A stretch of DNA of 64,000 nucleotides from an uncultured Alphaproteobacteria bacterium (GCA_903887235.1 CAISOX010000053.1:19241-83240), one strand, 5' to 3'; counted from the first letter of the stretch, positions 18,687 through 28,675 are shown. Program-made: numbers and translations. The notes: a model not told the origin generated them from the letters alone.

Positions 18687-18761
18687 TGGTGCCGCTAGTG
18701 GGAATCGAATCCACGACCTCTTCATTACCAATGAAGTGCACTACCACTGTGCTATAGCGGC
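18687..18761 (-). tRNA. tRNA-Thr(GGT)
   Basis: Reverse complement GCCGCTATAGCACAGTGGTAGTGCACTTCATTGGTAATGAAGAGGTCGTGGATTCGATTCCCACTAGCGGCACCA. Confidence 0.96.
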
Positions 18762-18766
18762 TAAAA

Positions 18767-18843
18767 TGGTAGCGAAGGAGGGACTCGAACCCCCGACACG
18801 CGGATTATGATTCCGCTGCTCTAACCAGCTGAGCTACTCCGCC
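18767..18843 (-). tRNA. tRNA-Met(CAT), probably elongator
   Basis: Reverse complement GGCGGAGTAGCTCAGCTGGTTAGAGCAGCGGAATCATAATCCGCGTGTCGGGGGTTCGAGTCCCTCCTTCGCTACCA. It lacks the three consecutive G-C anticodon-stem pairs and the C1 mismatch of initiator tRNA. Confidence 0.93.
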
Positions 18844-18921
18844 AAGAATAAAATAAAAAATTTATAGCATATTTAAATTGATTAGTTAATTGTTTGTTGC
18901 AAATTTGGTGAAATTAATTAT

Positions 18922-18951
18922 TTGACTAAGGTAAAATTTTGTTGTTAGAAT
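18922..18951 (+). promoter_or_regulatory. Near-consensus sigma70 promoter for the 18982 ORF
   Basis: TTGACT-N18-TAGAAT, with an AAGGTG RBS before the ATG. Confidence 0.5.
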
Positions 18952-18981
18952 TGATAATAATAATATTTAAAAGGTGAACAA

Positions 18982-19608
18982 ATGGCAGTGCAAGAAATTT
19001 TAGGTGAAGCTTTTGAAAAGGTTGCTAATATTCAAAATGCGGTAGATGATATAAAGGATGCGATGGGGAAAATTGAAAAAAATAATCCTATGATAGGTGA
19101 TTTGGAGGAATCAGTTGGTTCCATTACTAAAATTATTGAATCTGCTCAAGAAAAGAATATTTCTGGTGTAATTGAAAATGGAGTTGCGCTGGCTAAAGAA
19201 TTAAGTGAGTTGCCTGGTCATGTTAAGGAGTTTATTGATACCAAGGGCACAAGTTTACTTAATGATGGTAAGGATATAAAAGACGAAGTTGTTGATCTTG
19301 TAAAGCAAATAGGTAGTCAGTTTAATGAAATTATAGGGGATTTAAAAGAAGGAGGTTTGCAAGGCTTTCTTAAAGCATTTAATGATCTTACGAGTGCGAT
19401 TACTGAAGATATACAAGCCGGAAAAGGTATAACTGATAAGGTCGAGCACATGGTTCAGACATTAGAAGAAAAAGGTGATATTGCTAAGGTAAGTGAAGGG
19501 CTTAAAGGTGTTGGAGATGTAAAAGATGCAGGTGGTAAAGATGGTCAGCAAGCTCCTACCACACCAGGCCAAGATGTTGGTGGGCAGGATCAAGGAATGG
19601 CAATGTAA
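18982..19608 (+). CDS. Hypothetical all-helical amphipathic protein with a Gly/Gln-rich tail
   Basis: 208-aa ORF with its own promoter, RBS and terminator. No signal peptide or TM segment; no family recognised. Confidence 0.85.
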   Translation: MAVQEILGEAFEKVANIQNAVDDIKDAMGKIEKNNPMIGDLEESVGSITKIIESAQEKNISGVIENGVALAKELSELPGHVKEFIDTKGTSLLNDGKDIKDEVVDLVKQIGSQFNEIIGDLKEGGLQGFLKAFNDLTSAITEDIQAGKGITDKVEHMVQTLEEKGDIAKVSEGLKGVGDVKDAGGKDGQQAPTTPGQDVGGQDQGMAM

Positions 19609-19656
19609 TTTTAGTCAAGTTTATCCTTTATAGAATAATATTTAAGTTTGGTTTTT

Positions 19657-19684
19657 TATGGCGCATTTTTTGTTATGCGCCATA
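19657..19684. terminator. Bidirectional terminator between convergent genes
   Basis: TATGGCGCAT-loop-ATGCGCCATA, a 10-bp perfect stem. Confidence 0.7.
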
Positions 19685-19709
19685 TCTTTTGGAAAGTTAA
19701 GAAGTTGGT

Positions 19710-20960
19710 TTATTTCATGTAATGGTAGATCGTATCGATTGCAATTTTTGAAATATTTTTTTGTGATGTAATTATGTTATTTGAATTAGCAATCAACTGA
19801 TTTTTATAATTTGAATCGTTGAACAACTTCAGTAATTCACACTTTAATTCATCATAATCTCTAGCAACCACTATAGCCTTTTTGGTTTTAAAATCGTCAA
19901 TTATATCTTTAAAATTAGAAGTATGAGGTCCCACAATGATTGCGCAGCCTTGTTTTGCAGGTTCAATTATATTATGTCCTCCAATATTTACTAAAGATCC
20001 ACCAATAAAAACAATATCTGAAATCTCAAAATAATTGCCAAGTACCCCAAAAGATGACACTAACAATAATTCAGTTTCATGATGGTTATAGTTGTCAATA
20101 TCGGTTACATAGCATAATTTATACTTTTCTGCCATTGAGATTATTTCTTCAATTCGTTTTGGGTGACGAGGAATTATAATAGTAAATATGTTTGGAATTT
20201 TCTCTTTTATCTCTTTATGCAGTTTTATAATAATTTCTTCTTCCCCATTATGTGTGCTGGCTACAACAAATATATTTTTATTTTTTAATTTTGTTCTCGT
20301 AGTTTGAACATATTCGCTTGAGTAGGTTAATGGGGGAGATGAATATTTAAAATGCCCAATAAATTTTAGATTATTTTTAGTGAAAACATTAAATCTTTCA
20401 TAATCTAAATTGCTAGCTGTAAAAATCAGGGATAGTTTTTGCAATAAATTACTAGTAAAATTTTTATACCTACTCCATCTATTAAAAGAGATATCTGATA
20501 ATCTTGCGTTATATAATAATAAAGGAATTTTTTTTGTAGTCGCATCTATTAAATTTGGCCATATTTCTGATTCAATGAAAATTGCAACTTTAGGATTCCA
20601 ATGAGCTAAAAATCTATTAATAAAAAAAGTTATATCAATTGGGAGAAATTGATGTGTTGTATTTTTTATATTTGCAGATTTAAAAATTTTTGCAGATGTG
20701 AGTGTTATAGTTGTAATCAAGCAATGCACATCAGCTCTTTCATTAATAATAGTCTTAATTATTGGAATGGCCATATTAACTTCTCCAACACTTGCCGCAT
20801 GAAACCAAATTACCAATTTATTTTTGGGGCATTTGTCAGACTTCAGAACGAATTTTTGAGTTATACTTGCAAGATTCTCTTTATTTTTTATCAACCTAAT
20901 TATCATACATACGAATATTATAGGAAATAAAAAAATTGATATAATTTTGTATAATTTCAT
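19710..20960 (-). CDS. waaA: 3-deoxy-D-manno-octulosonic acid (Kdo) transferase
   Basis: IWFHAASVGE, ESEIWPNL, NARLS, ASTHNGEE, IPRHPKR and GGSLVNIGGHNIIEPA. Confidence 0.96.
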   Translation of the reverse strand: MKLYKIISIFLFPIIFVCMIIRLIKNKENLASITQKFVLKSDKCPKNKLVIWFHAASVGEVNMAIPIIKTIINERADVHCLITTITLTSAKIFKSANIKNTTHQFLPIDITFFINRFLAHWNPKVAIFIESEIWPNLIDATTKKIPLLLYNARLSDISFNRWSRYKNFTSNLLQKLSLIFTASNLDYERFNVFTKNNLKFIGHFKYSSPPLTYSSEYVQTTRTKLKNKNIFVVASTHNGEEEIIIKLHKEIKEKIPNIFTIIIPRHPKRIEEIISMAEKYKLCYVTDIDNYNHHETELLLVSSFGVLGNYFEISDIVFIGGSLVNIGGHNIIEPAKQGCAIIVGPHTSNFKDIIDDFKTKKAIVVARDYDELKCELLKLFNDSNYKNQLIANSNNIITSQKNISKIAIDTIYHYMK

Positions 20961-20981
20961 GACAGTTTTTACGTTTTTGCT

Positions 20982-21650
20982 CTAAAGGTATTTTTTTAAA
21001 TCTTGCATTTGTTTTATCATCAAAACCTCTAGTTTGCTATTTTGTTTTTCAGTAAAAAAATTTGGAGCAGAGATATCTACTATAATCTTGGTAAAAGGTA
21101 ATGGAATTGTAAATTCATCCCAACTTCTAAGAATTTTAGCTTTGGAGGATACAAAAGAAATATTAATGACTGGGATTTTGAATTTTGATGCAAGATTTGT
21201 AACGGCACTATTGACTTTATATCTAGGTCCTCTAGGGCCATCCGGAGTTATGACAATGCTTTCTTTATTTTTGATTGAATTTATAATATCTTTTGTTGCA
21301 GATAAACCACCTTTATAACTTGAGCCACGAATGGTTTTATGACCATATAATTGTACAAATTTATCAACATATTTACCGTCTTTATGCAAGGAAGTTAAAA
21401 CATTAAATTTTCCAAATTTTCTCATTATTTTTGGAAACACTATTATTTTGCCGTGCCATAGTGTTAAAAAACAAACCTCTTTAGAATTTAAAATATCTAT
21501 AGCTTTGTCATTAATATGAGTGTCTACTTTAGATGTAATAAATACAAATTCCAAATATATCTGTATTATTTTAGTGATGCATAATACAGATAAATTATTG
21601 TTAAGAAGTTTTTTTATGGACTTTTTTAATATTCTCTTAAATTGTATCAA
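20982..21650 (-). CDS. DUF374-family lysophospholipid acyltransferase-like protein
   Basis: WHGK, SLHKDG, TIRGSS, ITPDGPRGP and SWDEFTIPLPF; adjacent to waaA. Confidence 0.85.
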   Translation of the reverse strand: MIQFKRILKKSIKKLLNNNLSVLCITKIIQIYLEFVFITSKVDTHINDKAIDILNSKEVCFLTLWHGKIIVFPKIMRKFGKFNVLTSLHKDGKYVDKFVQLYGHKTIRGSSYKGGLSATKDIINSIKNKESIVITPDGPRGPRYKVNSAVTNLASKFKIPVINISFVSSKAKILRSWDEFTIPLPFTKIIVDISAPNFFTEKQNSKLEVLMIKQMQDLKKYL

Positions 21651-21877
21651 CGTATTTGTATAAAATATAATGATTATTTTAATCGCATACTACATTAAAG
21701 TTTGGTGTTGAGCTACAATTGCTTATATTATTTTTATAATATGATGTGATGCAGCATAAATTTTAAAAAAATCTGGATTTAAAAAAATAAACTTGCTAGC
21801 ATGTAATTAATTAGTAAATTGGAACCTTTATTCAGTATAATGCAAGGTTCTATGTGTGAGTGGGTTTTTAAGTAACA

Positions 21878-23524
21878 ATGGAATTTTTAAAAAGATTAAG
21901 TACAAATAAGTTAGTAATATTGGCTTTACTTATGGCTGCAATTTTAATAGGCGCTTTGTTCTTTGTAATGAGCTCTAAGCCTATTTATAGTAGTTTATAT
22001 AGCGAACTAAGTGATAATGATAGGTTAAATGTAACTTTAAAGTTGCAATCCATGGGTGTGGATTATAAGGTGGACATGAAAAATTCCCAAATACTGGTTC
22101 CGGCACATAAAGTGTTAGAATTAAGGATGTATTTTTCACAAAGTGGGCTTATTAGCTCTGGTAACATTGTTGGATATGAAATTTTTGACAAAGAAAATGG
22201 GCTTGGTAGTTCACAGTTTCTAAATAATATCAATTCTTTAAGGGCGCTTGAAGGAGAATTGTCCAGAACTATTAATAGTTTGTCTCAAATTGAAAATTCT
22301 AGAATTCATCTAGTTTTGCCAAAAAAAGAGCTTTTTTCTAAGTCAAATGTGACTCCTTCTGCTTCGATTATGATAAAATTAAAGCCTGGGGCAGCTATTT
22401 CAAAAAATGAAGTTAAAGCAATTACCAATTTGGTGTCAAAAGCTGTGCCTGATTTGCTTTCAGAAAATATCACTATTATGGATAGTATGGGGCATCCGTT
22501 GAAGATGCCAGGATCTGAAAACGAAGGTTTATTGGGTGGTGATAATTCTGAATTCAAACTTATAGAATATCAAAATTTGCTAGAGAAGCAGTTAAGATTA
22601 AAAATTGAACATCTTTTGGAGAGCCGAGTTGGTATAGGCAAGGTAAAGGTTGACGTTGCGGCAAAAATTAATAACAATAGAGAGGTAATGGTTTCTGAAT
22701 TTTTTGACCCAGATGGACAGGTGATTCGTTCCAAAAAAACTAGTGAAGAGAGAGAAAAAGATGGAGATGAGAATGAAAACATTTCAGTTGCTAATAATAT
22801 TCCAAATTCTAATCAGCAAATTTCTGGCTCTAGTCAAGTACCTAAGACAAAAAGTAAGCTAGATGATATCACAAATTACGAAATATCCAAAACAGTGACG
22901 AATACAATAATAGAGGAGGGGGGTGTTGAGAAACTTTCAGTTGGGATTTTGGTTGATGGATACTATGAGATAGATGAAAGTACTAAGAAACAGGTATATC
23001 ACAAAAGAAGTGATGAAGAGCTTGCGCAACTGAAGATATTAGTAAAATCTGCAATTGGCTTTGATGAAAAAAGGGGCGATAAATTAGAGATAATTAATCT
23101 TGAATTTACAAATGATAAGCTTCAGGATTCCGATCAAAAAGTAAATTGGTTAGATGAAAATCTAAAAAACCTTATTCAGATGGGTATGATAGGGGTAATT
23201 GTTATTTTGATAATATTACTTATCTTTAAACCAATATTATCAAGAATTTTAGAGGCAAATAAAAATGGAGCTGGGGAGATAAATAAATTTTTTGATTTTA
23301 AAAAATTAGGATTTAATAATAAATTTTCTGATGAGGGTAATATGGAAAATAAAAATTTTGATTCTTCAGATGACTCGAGTAGCAATGCTATAATCAACAA
23401 ACTACATATTGGAAACAAGCACAAACATATGTTAGATAGTGTAAATGAGTTAGTTGAAAAATATCCTGAAGAGGCAATAGATATATTGAAAAAATGGATA
23501 AATAATGATCAGAAAGTGCAGTAA
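21878..23524 (+). CDS. fliF: Flagellar MS-ring protein FliF
   Basis: GYEIFDK...GSSQF...RALEGELSRTI, RIHLVLPKKELF, PSASIMIKL, GFDEKRGD; two TM segments; C-terminal ELVEKYPEEAIDILKKW. Confidence 0.95.
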   Translation: MEFLKRLSTNKLVILALLMAAILIGALFFVMSSKPIYSSLYSELSDNDRLNVTLKLQSMGVDYKVDMKNSQILVPAHKVLELRMYFSQSGLISSGNIVGYEIFDKENGLGSSQFLNNINSLRALEGELSRTINSLSQIENSRIHLVLPKKELFSKSNVTPSASIMIKLKPGAAISKNEVKAITNLVSKAVPDLLSENITIMDSMGHPLKMPGSENEGLLGGDNSEFKLIEYQNLLEKQLRLKIEHLLESRVGIGKVKVDVAAKINNNREVMVSEFFDPDGQVIRSKKTSEEREKDGDENENISVANNIPNSNQQISGSSQVPKTKSKLDDITNYEISKTVTNTIIEEGGVEKLSVGILVDGYYEIDESTKKQVYHKRSDEELAQLKILVKSAIGFDEKRGDKLEIINLEFTNDKLQDSDQKVNWLDENLKNLIQMGMIGVIVILIILLIFKPILSRILEANKNGAGEINKFFDFKKLGFNNKFSDEGNMENKNFDSSDDSSSNAIINKLHIGNKHKHMLDSVNELVEKYPEEAIDILKKWINNDQKVQ

Positions 23525-23548
23525 TTATCAACCTATATATAGTATGTT

Positions 23549-24547
23549 ATGGAGCTAAAAAATCTAGAAAATGAAAATTTAGAAAGTGCAGCTGTTTTGC
23601 TTTTAGCATTGAATGAGGAAAATGCAGGGAAAATTTTAAAGCATTTATCGGAAAGTGATGTTTATAAAATATCTAATCAGATTGCTAATTTAAGAGATAT
23701 GGAGGCTGATAGAGTATTAGATACACTGTCGTATTTTGCTGATAGAATAAGTAATGCGAGTTTATTAGGCGGGCATTTACCTAGGTTAAGAAGATTTTTA
23801 CATAAAGTTTTTGACCAAGAAAAAGTGGATCTTATAATGCAAAATGTTGATGGTCCTTTGAATAAAACTTGGGAAATCATAGCTGGTATGAGTGATAAAG
23901 TGCTAGTTGAATATTTAAAAAACGAATATCCTCAAACAGTGGCGTTTATTTTATCTAAATTACCATCTCAAAAAGCATCAAAAATTATCAGTAAATTCTC
24001 GGAAAATTTTTCTTTTGAGGTAATTAAGAGAATTTTAAATATGGATGAGGTTAATAAGAGTGTACTTCTAAATTTAGAAAATACCTTAAGAAGAGATTTA
24101 GTTGAAAAATCCGACATTTCAAAAGAATTGGATAATAATCAAATCGTTGCAGATATATTTAACAATCTTGACAAAAAAGATGAAAGTCTGTTCTTTGAGC
24201 TATTAGAAAAATATGATGCTAATAAAGCGCAATTAGTTAGAAAAAATATGCTAATTTTTGATGATATTAAGAGAGTTGACTCAAGGGGAATGCAGATGCT
24301 AATAAGATACTCAGATAAATCAGTTTTACCAAAAGCGTTAAAATTTGCTGATGATAACATTAAGAATTGCTTTTTTAATAACATGTCTGCTAGAGCAGCA
24401 AAAATTCTAATTGAAGAAATTGATAATTCTAACAACACCAAGCTTGAAGAATCTGAGCTAGCTCAGAAAAATATATTGTTAATTTTGAGGGAGTTGATGA
24501 ATAAAGGACAAGTAACTTTAAGAGACATTATAAAAAATTCAGATTAA
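23549..24547 (+). CDS. fliG: Flagellar motor switch protein FliG
   Basis: AAVLLLAL, NEYPQTVAFILS (EHPQ-like), MLIFDDI and NMSARAAKILIEEI. Confidence 0.93.
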   Translation: MELKNLENENLESAAVLLLALNEENAGKILKHLSESDVYKISNQIANLRDMEADRVLDTLSYFADRISNASLLGGHLPRLRRFLHKVFDQEKVDLIMQNVDGPLNKTWEIIAGMSDKVLVEYLKNEYPQTVAFILSKLPSQKASKIISKFSENFSFEVIKRILNMDEVNKSVLLNLENTLRRDLVEKSDISKELDNNQIVADIFNNLDKKDESLFFELLEKYDANKAQLVRKNMLIFDDIKRVDSRGMQMLIRYSDKSVLPKALKFADDNIKNCFFNNMSARAAKILIEEIDNSNNTKLEESELAQKNILLILRELMNKGQVTLRDIIKNSD

Positions 24548-24548
24548 C

Positions 24549-25247
24549 ATGCAAAATTATGTTATAAAAAAATTTCCTTTTAATAGTTTTTCAGATAATA
24601 AGGGATATGACAATAACTTGGCTTTAAAGAAAAACATCAAAGATGAATACACTGGAAAAAATTTAGAAGTGGCTAGCAACATATTGGCCAAAAAAGATAT
24701 TATAGTTGAACAGAATGAATACACAAAAGAGAAAGTGGAAGCATTAAAATTTGAGTCCTTCGAAAATGGGTGGGCAGAATGTGAAAAAGCCCAACAAAAG
24801 TTAATAGATCGGACGAAAGAAGATAGTAGTATCAGCCTAATGATGAAAATTGAATCGAATCTATTCAATATTTATGAAACAATTGAAAGCAAATATGATA
24901 ATTTGTCAAAGGATTGTGTAGAGTTAAGCTATGTAATTGCAAATAAATTAGTAGGAAAGTTAAGTGAAAAATTTCCAAATGAGGTTATATTAGATTTTTT
25001 GAGTAAAAGCCTCCCTTTACTTACTCATGCAAATGATATTAGGGTGGGTGTTAACCCAAAAAATTTACCGCATATAAAAAGCTATATTGACGATGTAAAT
25101 CAAAATTCAGCAATAAAAATTAAGCTAGTAGAAGACGAATCAATAGATATTGGTGACTGTAAAGTAGATTGGGGCAATGGATTGATAAAAAAAGATACAG
25201 AAAAAGTCAAAAAGGATTTAGAGTCCATTTTTAAAAATAATTTATAA
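24549..25247 (+). CDS. fliH: Flagellar assembly protein FliH
   Basis: Lies between fliG and fliN; FENGWAE segment, IRVGVNPKNL and EDESIDIGDCKVDWGNG. Confidence 0.75.
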   Translation: MQNYVIKKFPFNSFSDNKGYDNNLALKKNIKDEYTGKNLEVASNILAKKDIIVEQNEYTKEKVEALKFESFENGWAECEKAQQKLIDRTKEDSSISLMMKIESNLFNIYETIESKYDNLSKDCVELSYVIANKLVGKLSEKFPNEVILDFLSKSLPLLTHANDIRVGVNPKNLPHIKSYIDDVNQNSAIKIKLVEDESIDIGDCKVDWGNGLIKKDTEKVKKDLESIFKNNL

Positions 25248-25267
25248 TAAATTTTTGGTAACGTTAT

Positions 25268-25549
25268 ATGACTACAGAGACAGAAGATATTAAAAACAGA
25301 AATGGGATTAATTTAAATTTAAAGGCGATTTATGATGTCCCAATGAAATTAAAAGTCGTTTTAGGGCAAGCAGAATTTAAAGTAAGTGATTTACTTAAAT
25401 TAAATAAAGGCGATAAAATTGAGTTAGATAAAAAGCCTGGAGATCCTGTGGATTTATTTGTTAATGATAAATTAGTTGCAAAAGGGGAAATAGTATTGAT
25501 AGATGATAAGGTGGGTCTGACGCTTACAGAAATTATTGCAAATGATTAA
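25268..25549 (+). CDS. fliN: Flagellar motor switch protein FliN
   Basis: IYDVPMKLKVVLG...LLKL..G..IELDKKPGDPVDLFVNDKLVAKGEIV. Confidence 0.93.
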   Translation: MTTETEDIKNRNGINLNLKAIYDVPMKLKVVLGQAEFKVSDLLKLNKGDKIELDKKPGDPVDLFVNDKLVAKGEIVLIDDKVGLTLTEIIAND

Positions 25550-25634
25550 TTTGTATTTTATTTAAATTTTACTTGATTATTAAGTAACAAATTATATATT
25601 CAACGTATAAATAACATTTCAGTATAATTATATT

Positions 25635-25922
25635 ATGATAGAAGGATTAATTAGTTTTTTGCATGTGGCTCCGCTGGTTGTGATATTTTCTCTTATGGTT
25701 GGTAGTAAAATATACAAAAAAACTACAGGTAAAAGTGTGGACTTTTCGCCAACTGTATTATTGTTAAGTTCTATCGGTATTGCTTCTGGATTTGGTATAC
25801 ATCATCATGCTGGAGAAGAAGCATCAAGCATTTGCTATCTATGTTTCGGTTATGCAACGATATTGGCGATTGTGGGATTAAAGCTTGCTAAAACAAACAA
25901 AGTTGTAAGACAAAACGCGTAA
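25635..25922 (+). CDS. Small three-TM hypothetical membrane protein
   Basis: 95 aa with three hydrophobic segments and ATG start; fills the gap between fliN and hemA. Confidence 0.65.
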   Translation: MIEGLISFLHVAPLVVIFSLMVGSKIYKKTTGKSVDFSPTVLLLSSIGIASGFGIHHHAGEEASSICYLCFGYATILAIVGLKLAKTNKVVRQNA

Positions 25923-25956
25923 TTGATTTTAAAGTCAGTTTTATGCGCCAGATAAA

Positions 25957-27177
25957 ATGAATAACCACTTTCACTCAGCTCTTTCTAAGATCAAAGCAGA
26001 GGGAAGGTATAGGGTTTTTACCGAATTAAAAGGTTATTCTTCTAGTAGTGTAAGAGCATATAGCGTAAAGCATGGTAAAGACATTACTCTTTGGTGCAGT
26101 AACGATTATTTGTCTATGAGTAAAAATCAATCTGTGATTGATGCTCTGGCAAAGGGAGCGTATCAATTTGGAGTTGGTTCTGGAGGTACGAGAAATATCT
26201 CTGGTACAAGTAATGCAATAATTAATGTTGAAAAAGAGATTAGTGATTTGCATAATAAAGATACAGCTCTTGTTTTTACTTCTGGATATATTGCAAATCA
26301 GGCAACTTTATCTACTATATCGAAGATTATACCAGACTGTGTAATATTTTCTGATCAAAACAATCATGCATCCATAATATATGGAATAAAAGAAAGTAAA
26401 CTTGAAAAGGTTGTATTCAATCATAATGATATGGATGATCTGGAGAGTAAATTAAAAAAATATCCATCTGAACGTCCTAAAATTATAGTTTTTGAGGCGG
26501 TTTATTCAATGTCAGGAACGACAGCAGCGGTTGGTAAAATTTGTATGTTAGCAAAAAAGCATAATGCCTTAACATATGTGGATGAAGTACATTCTGTTGG
26601 GATTTATGGAAAAGAGGGTGCAGGAATGTGTGCAAAGCTTGGATATCAAGATAAAGTTGATATAATACAAGGTACATTCGCAAAAGCATACGGAGTAATT
26701 GGTGGTTATATTGCATCAAAACATGAAATAGTAGATAGTATCAGATCTTATTCTCCAGGTTTTATATTTACTACTTCTCTTCCCCCCGCAATTGCGGAGG
26801 CAATTTTGAGTAGTATAAAGTATTTGAGAAGATCTAATCTTGAAAGGGATAAATTACAAAATGTTGTATCTGTATTAAAAGACAGGCTTAGTAGTAAGGG
26901 GATTAATTTTTTACAAAATGAGACTCATATAATATCTGTAATGGTAAATGATGCTACATTATGCCAAGAAGTTTACATGGACTTGCTTCAAAATCATAAT
27001 GTGTACGTACAGGGGATTAATTTTCCTACGGTTCCCAAAGGGCAAGAGAGATTAAGAATAACAGCAAATCCATTTCATACAGAAGAAATGATTAATCATT
27101 TCGCTGAGTCGCTTTATAATGTATTGGTAAAATACAATATACTTAATTCAACTGATCAGAAAATTTCTTTTGGCTAA
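25957..27177 (+). CDS. hemA: 5-aminolevulinate synthase
   Basis: WCSNDYL, GSGGTRNISGT, NHASII, DEVHSVG, GTFAKAYG (PLP lysine) and INFPTVPKGQERLR. Confidence 0.96.
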   Translation: MNNHFHSALSKIKAEGRYRVFTELKGYSSSSVRAYSVKHGKDITLWCSNDYLSMSKNQSVIDALAKGAYQFGVGSGGTRNISGTSNAIINVEKEISDLHNKDTALVFTSGYIANQATLSTISKIIPDCVIFSDQNNHASIIYGIKESKLEKVVFNHNDMDDLESKLKKYPSERPKIIVFEAVYSMSGTTAAVGKICMLAKKHNALTYVDEVHSVGIYGKEGAGMCAKLGYQDKVDIIQGTFAKAYGVIGGYIASKHEIVDSIRSYSPGFIFTTSLPPAIAEAILSSIKYLRRSNLERDKLQNVVSVLKDRLSSKGINFLQNETHIISVMVNDATLCQEVYMDLLQNHNVYVQGINFPTVPKGQERLRITANPFHTEEMINHFAESLYNVLVKYNILNSTDQKISFG

Positions 27178-27325
27178 TCAATACCAATATCTATGTTAAT
27201 ATACTTAAGTTTTTCTCATTTAATAATAATATCAGGTCATCGATGGGTAGTTTTAAAAAAATTGTTTAACATATTGAAAAATTCTGATAAACCTGAATCT
27301 AAAATAATTATAAAGTAAAATCGAA

Positions 27326-28657
27326 ATGAAAATTGAAGAAACAAAAAACGAAAAATTTCATAAAGAATATAATATTCAAATTCCTTTTGACACAATAAAT
27401 GCAAAAATTGAAGAAAAAGTTTCTGAAGCTGCGAAGACTTTTAGGATGCCTGGATTTAGAGAAGGGAAAGTTCCTTTAAGCATTGTAAGACAAAAAGTGG
27501 CTAAAGAAGAAACAGGAAGGCAAATTCAGGAAAACATATCTGCTTGTATAAAAGAGCTTATAGATACGAAAAAAATTATTCCGTTCTCAAAGCCAGATGT
27601 TGAAATATTATCCTTTGATGAGGAAAATGGTTTGTCCGTTAGGATTGCAATCGAAACAATGCCTGAGGTACCAGAGGTAAAATGGGAGACTATAGAGATT
27701 GAAAAGGTTGATATTAAAATTTCTGATAAAGAAATAAATGAAACTAAAAATAATTTACTAAAAGAATTTAGAAAATTTAAAAAAGCTAAAGATGATTATA
27801 AATCAAAAGCAGGAGATAAAGTAGCAATTGACTTCCATGGTCAAATAGACGGCAAAGATTTTGATGGAAATAAAGCTGAAAATATGGAGCTTGTGATTGG
27901 AGATAATAGCTTTTTAGCTGATTTTGAAAATGAATTAATAGGGTGTAAGTTAAATGAGGAAAAATCATTTAATTTAGTATTCCCAGCAGATTATCCAAAA
28001 GAAGATATTGCCAATAAAGATGCTCAATTTAAAATCAAAGTCGTTGATTTGCAAGAGCTAGAAGAAATAGGAAAAGTATCAGATGAAATGTTAAAAAGGC
28101 TAGGAGTTGAATCTGAAGAAAGACTGAATGAGCTTATAAAGCAAAAATTAAACCTTGATTTTATGAGCACAGTAAGGATGAAAATGAAAAGAGAGTTATT
28201 TGATAAAATTGATAAAGAATATAATTTTGATTTGCCGGAGAAAATGGTTGATCAGGATTTTGAAGTTTTGTGGAAAGAAGTAGAGAAGAACAAAGATACA
28301 CAAGAGAATTTGAAAAATAAATCAGAGGAAGAGCTAAAATCTGAGTATAAAAAAATTGCTCACAGAAGAGTGAAATTAGGGTTAATAATGGCTGAAGTTG
28401 CAAGAAAAGGTGAAATAACAATAACTCACGATGAGTTAAAGCAGATAGTTGAAATGCAGGCTAACCAAAATCCTCAAATTAAAGACAAAATTTTAGAATT
28501 TTATAAAGACCCAGAAAATTTAGAAAAAATTAAAGGGCCTATCCTTGAGGAAAAAGCGCTTGATTTTATTTTGTCTAAGGTTAAGCTTAAAAGTACGGAA
28601 ATGACTACTGATGATTTTATAAAAAAGGTATTGCCTGAATTGAAGGAAAATAATTAA
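27326..28657 (+). CDS. tig: Trigger factor
   Basis: MPGFREGKVP; FKBP domain (IDFHGQIDGKDFDG, FPADY); upstream of clpP. Confidence 0.95.
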   Translation: MKIEETKNEKFHKEYNIQIPFDTINAKIEEKVSEAAKTFRMPGFREGKVPLSIVRQKVAKEETGRQIQENISACIKELIDTKKIIPFSKPDVEILSFDEENGLSVRIAIETMPEVPEVKWETIEIEKVDIKISDKEINETKNNLLKEFRKFKKAKDDYKSKAGDKVAIDFHGQIDGKDFDGNKAENMELVIGDNSFLADFENELIGCKLNEEKSFNLVFPADYPKEDIANKDAQFKIKVVDLQELEEIGKVSDEMLKRLGVESEERLNELIKQKLNLDFMSTVRMKMKRELFDKIDKEYNFDLPEKMVDQDFEVLWKEVEKNKDTQENLKNKSEEELKSEYKKIAHRRVKLGLIMAEVARKGEITITHDELKQIVEMQANQNPQIKDKILEFYKDPENLEKIKGPILEEKALDFILSKVKLKSTEMTTDDFIKKVLPELKENN

Positions 28658-28675
28658 ATTTGAGTTATAGTTATA

